From contig JBGARZ010000003.1 of assembly GCA_044229975.1 (NCBI GenBank), positions 224,001 to 288,000 on the forward strand: DNA of 64,000 nucleotides, written 5' to 3'. The DNA is from Polyangiales bacterium. GTDB taxonomy: Bacteria; Myxococcota_A; Polyangia; Polyangiales; Ga0077539. Within the stretch, counting starts at the first letter, position 1. Every line of letters starts with the position of its first letter. The position numbers were made by a program, and so were the translations under genes. Under the pieces are notes generated by a model that was not told the origin of the DNA, searched no databases, and saw nothing but the letters and a program-made list of their open reading frames with translations. Positions 61,780-64,000 of this stretch are shown piece by piece.

Positions 61780-64000
61780 ATGATACGAAGCCGAGGTCGA
61801 AGCGTGCTGCTGGTGTGGGCCTCGGTGGCGCTGCTCGGCCTCGACTGGCCGGGCCAGGGGGCCGTGCGCGCCGCGGAGTTTGCGAGCGCAGACCCCGGTC
61901 GGCGCACGGAGCTGCTGCACCTGCTCGCGCCTTCGACGGAGCCCGAAGCGCAGGCGGTCATGGCGCGCGCCCTCACCGACGCCGACCCCGGCGTGCGCGA
62001 GACGGCGCGGCGGCTCGCGGTGCGCTTTCCGTCGGAGGCGATGGTGGCGCCGCTGCTCGGGGTGCTCGAAGAGGCCGACGCCGGGGCGCGCCTCGATGCG
62101 CTCGACGCGCTCGCGGGGCTGACCTCGGCCGACGCGCGGCGGGCCATCGAGCGTTCGCTCTCCGACCGCAGCACCGCGGTGCGCGCCCACGCGGTGCGGG
62201 CGCTCGCGCGGGCGGGCGTCGACGCGGTGGTTCCGCTGCTCGACCGGGTGCATGACCCCGAAGGGGACGTGCGCGAAGAGGCCGCGAGGGCGCTCGGAGA
62301 GATCGGCGACGCCCGCGCGGTGCTGGCGCTGGTGGGCATCTCGCAAGACCCCATCCCCGAGGTGCGGCTCGCGACGGCGCGGGCGCTCGGTCGCCTGCGA
62401 GGCGAGGTCGCGACGCGCACGCTGCTCGGGCTCGTCCATGACGCGATGCCCGAGGTGCGGAGCGCGGCGCTCGTCGGGCTCGCGCGGCTCGCCGATGCGT
62501 CCATGGTTCCGACGCTCGCGGCGCTGGCGCGACCCGAGCGGGCGGCGATGTTCGCGGGCCAGGACGACCTCGCCAGGGCGGCGGTGCGAACGCTCGGCGC
62601 CATCGACGCGCCTGACGCGCGGCGGGCCCTGATCGACCTCGCGCTCGGCCCGGATTCGCTCCAGGCGAGGGCCGCGGCGGAGGCCCTGCTCGAACACCCG
62701 TCGCGCCTTCGCGGTGAGGTGGGCTCGATGCTGCCGAGGGTCGACCGCCGCAACGTCGGCACCGTCGCGGCGCTGCTCGGCGCCATCGGAGGTGACGAGG
62801 TCGCCGACGCGCTGCTGGAGATGGTTCGGCGCGACGCGCGGTCGGGCGATGCGGACACCCTCGTGCTCGCGCTCGGCGCGTCGGGCTCCGACCGGGCACT
62901 GCGCGCGCTCCTCGAACGCCTCACCACCGCTCCTCCCGTCGGCACCACCTACCGCACGCCCGGCTGCCCACGCGGAACCATCGACCCCGTCGTCCTCCTG
63001 GCCCTCGCCCGCTGGGACGAGACCCGCCACGGCCTCGACCCGCTCGCCATCGACCCCATCGCCGAGGCCCTGCGCCGCGTCGAGCCGTCCTGCCACCTGG
63101 TGTTGTCGTCGATGCTCCGCCTGCTCGGTTCGACGGGCAACGACCGCGCAGCACCGACGCTGCTCGGGTTTCTGCCGCACCCCGATGCCGCGGTGCGCGC
63201 GGCCGCCGTGGCGGGCCTTGGCCGCGCCGTCGCGCCGTCGGCGCTGGCGCCCCTCGTCGAGGCGCTCTCCGACCGCGACGTCACGGTGCGCTCCGCGGCA
63301 GCCTCGTCTCTGCGCGCGTACCCCGCCGCCCTCCTGGCACCGGCGCTCGTCGCGCGGTGGCGTGACCCGCGCGCGGTCGACCGGGGCGGGCTGCTCCTCG
63401 CCCTCGGGAACGCCCTCGCCCGCGATGAGCAGACAGCTCGCTCGGCGCACCGATCGGTGCTGATCGACGCCGCGGCGGAGGGCGCGTGGCGGACGCGCGC
63501 GGCGGCGCTGAGGTCGCTCGGCGAGGTCGCCGCAGCGGGCGACGCGGAGTCCCTCGGCGCGGTGTTGCGCTTCGCATCGGACGCGAGGCTCGGAGCGGTT
63601 GCGACGGAGGCGCTCGGCAACCTGCCGACGGCCGCGGTCACGCCCGCGGTGCTCGCGGCGCTGCGGACGAGGCCCACTGCGGACGCGGTGTGGGCGCTGC
63701 GCGTGGGAGGCGTGGCGTCGGTCGAAGCGCTCCGCGGAGTCATCGAGGGCGGGGCATCCCGTACGGCACGCAACGCGCTCGCCGCGCTGTCTCGCATCGA
63801 CCTCGCTCAGGTGGACCAGCCGACGCGCGCGTCGCTCCGAGCGGCGCTCGATCGCCTCACGGCCAACAGGGACGCAGCCGCATTGCGGGGCAACGTCTGC
63901 GCCGTGCGACGTCGGCTCGGCGAGGGCTGCGACGGCGACTCCACCACGACGCCGGCGATGGTGGCGCGAAGCTCCGACCTCCGCGTGATCGACGCATCGC
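61780..64000 (+). CDS. Large secreted HEAT repeat protein, 3' end outside window
   Basis: Not in the ORF track because it runs off the edge. MIRSRGRSVLLVWASVALLGLDWPG, then repeats such as LTDADPGVR, LSDRSTAVR, DPEGDVREEAARALG, DPIPEVR. Confidence 0.85.
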   Translation, partial: MIRSRGRSVLLVWASVALLGLDWPGQGAVRAAEFASADPGRRTELLHLLAPSTEPEAQAVMARALTDADPGVRETARRLAVRFPSEAMVAPLLGVLEEADAGARLDALDALAGLTSADARRAIERSLSDRSTAVRAHAVRALARAGVDAVVPLLDRVHDPEGDVREEAARALGEIGDARAVLALVGISQDPIPEVRLATARALGRLRGEVATRTLLGLVHDAMPEVRSAALVGLARLADASMVPTLAALARPERAAMFAGQDDLARAAVRTLGAIDAPDARRALIDLALGPDSLQARAAAEALLEHPSRLRGEVGSMLPRVDRRNVGTVAALLGAIGGDEVADALLEMVRRDARSGDADTLVLALGASGSDRALRALLERLTTAPPVGTTYRTPGCPRGTIDPVVLLALARWDETRHGLDPLAIDPIAEALRRVEPSCHLVLSSMLRLLGSTGNDRAAPTLLGFLPHPDAAVRAAAVAGLGRAVAPSALAPLVEALSDRDVTVRSAAASSLRAYPAALLAPALVARWRDPRAVDRGGLLLALGNALARDEQTARSAHRSVLIDAAAEGAWRTRAAALRSLGEVAAAGDAESLGAVLRFASDARLGAVATEALGNLPTAAVTPAVLAALRTRPTADAVWALRVGGVASVEALRGVIEGGASRTARNALAALSRIDLAQVDQPTRASLRAALDRLTANRDAAALRGNVCAVRRRLGEGCDGDSTTTPAMVARSSDLRVIDAS

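Overview
Very GC-rich bacterial chromosomal DNA. It looks like Myxococcota, probably Polyangia, judging by a MYXO-CTERM-type sorting tail, many lipoproteins with 'DAG' linkers, Cys-rich surface proteins, HEAT proteins and a Ser/Thr kinase. The window is densely coding, about 65 genes, with both end genes truncated. Housekeeping genes (ung, HIT, queD, panE, rsmE, pip, rlmE, rplC, ugd, skp, miaB) are mixed with many secreted or Cys-rich proteins. I saw no rRNA, tRNA, CRISPR array or transposase. Best leads: (1) an ahpC-ahpD operon divergent from a NorR-like GAF sigma-54 activator, with a perfect 16-bp palindrome and a -24/-12-like promoter between them; (2) a two-hairpin structured element right after ahpD; (3) a translationally coupled pair of large surface proteins, a DUF4114/Cys-repeat/MYXO-CTERM protein and a Cys-repeat/BNR-propeller lipoprotein; (4) a lipoprotein built from about 17 tandem six-Cys modules, 11 with knottin-like spacing; (5) a tandem GTPase plus degenerate GTPase paralog; (6) a frameshifted Cys-rich lipoprotein gene not resolved in the ORF track; (7) a TA-like nucleotidyltransferase with a small partner gene; (8) rplC outside the S10 operon with its own promoter, upstream of rlmE and a receptor-less che cluster; (9) recurrent leaderless-type promoter spacing. 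All calls come from reading motifs by eye, with no database searches.
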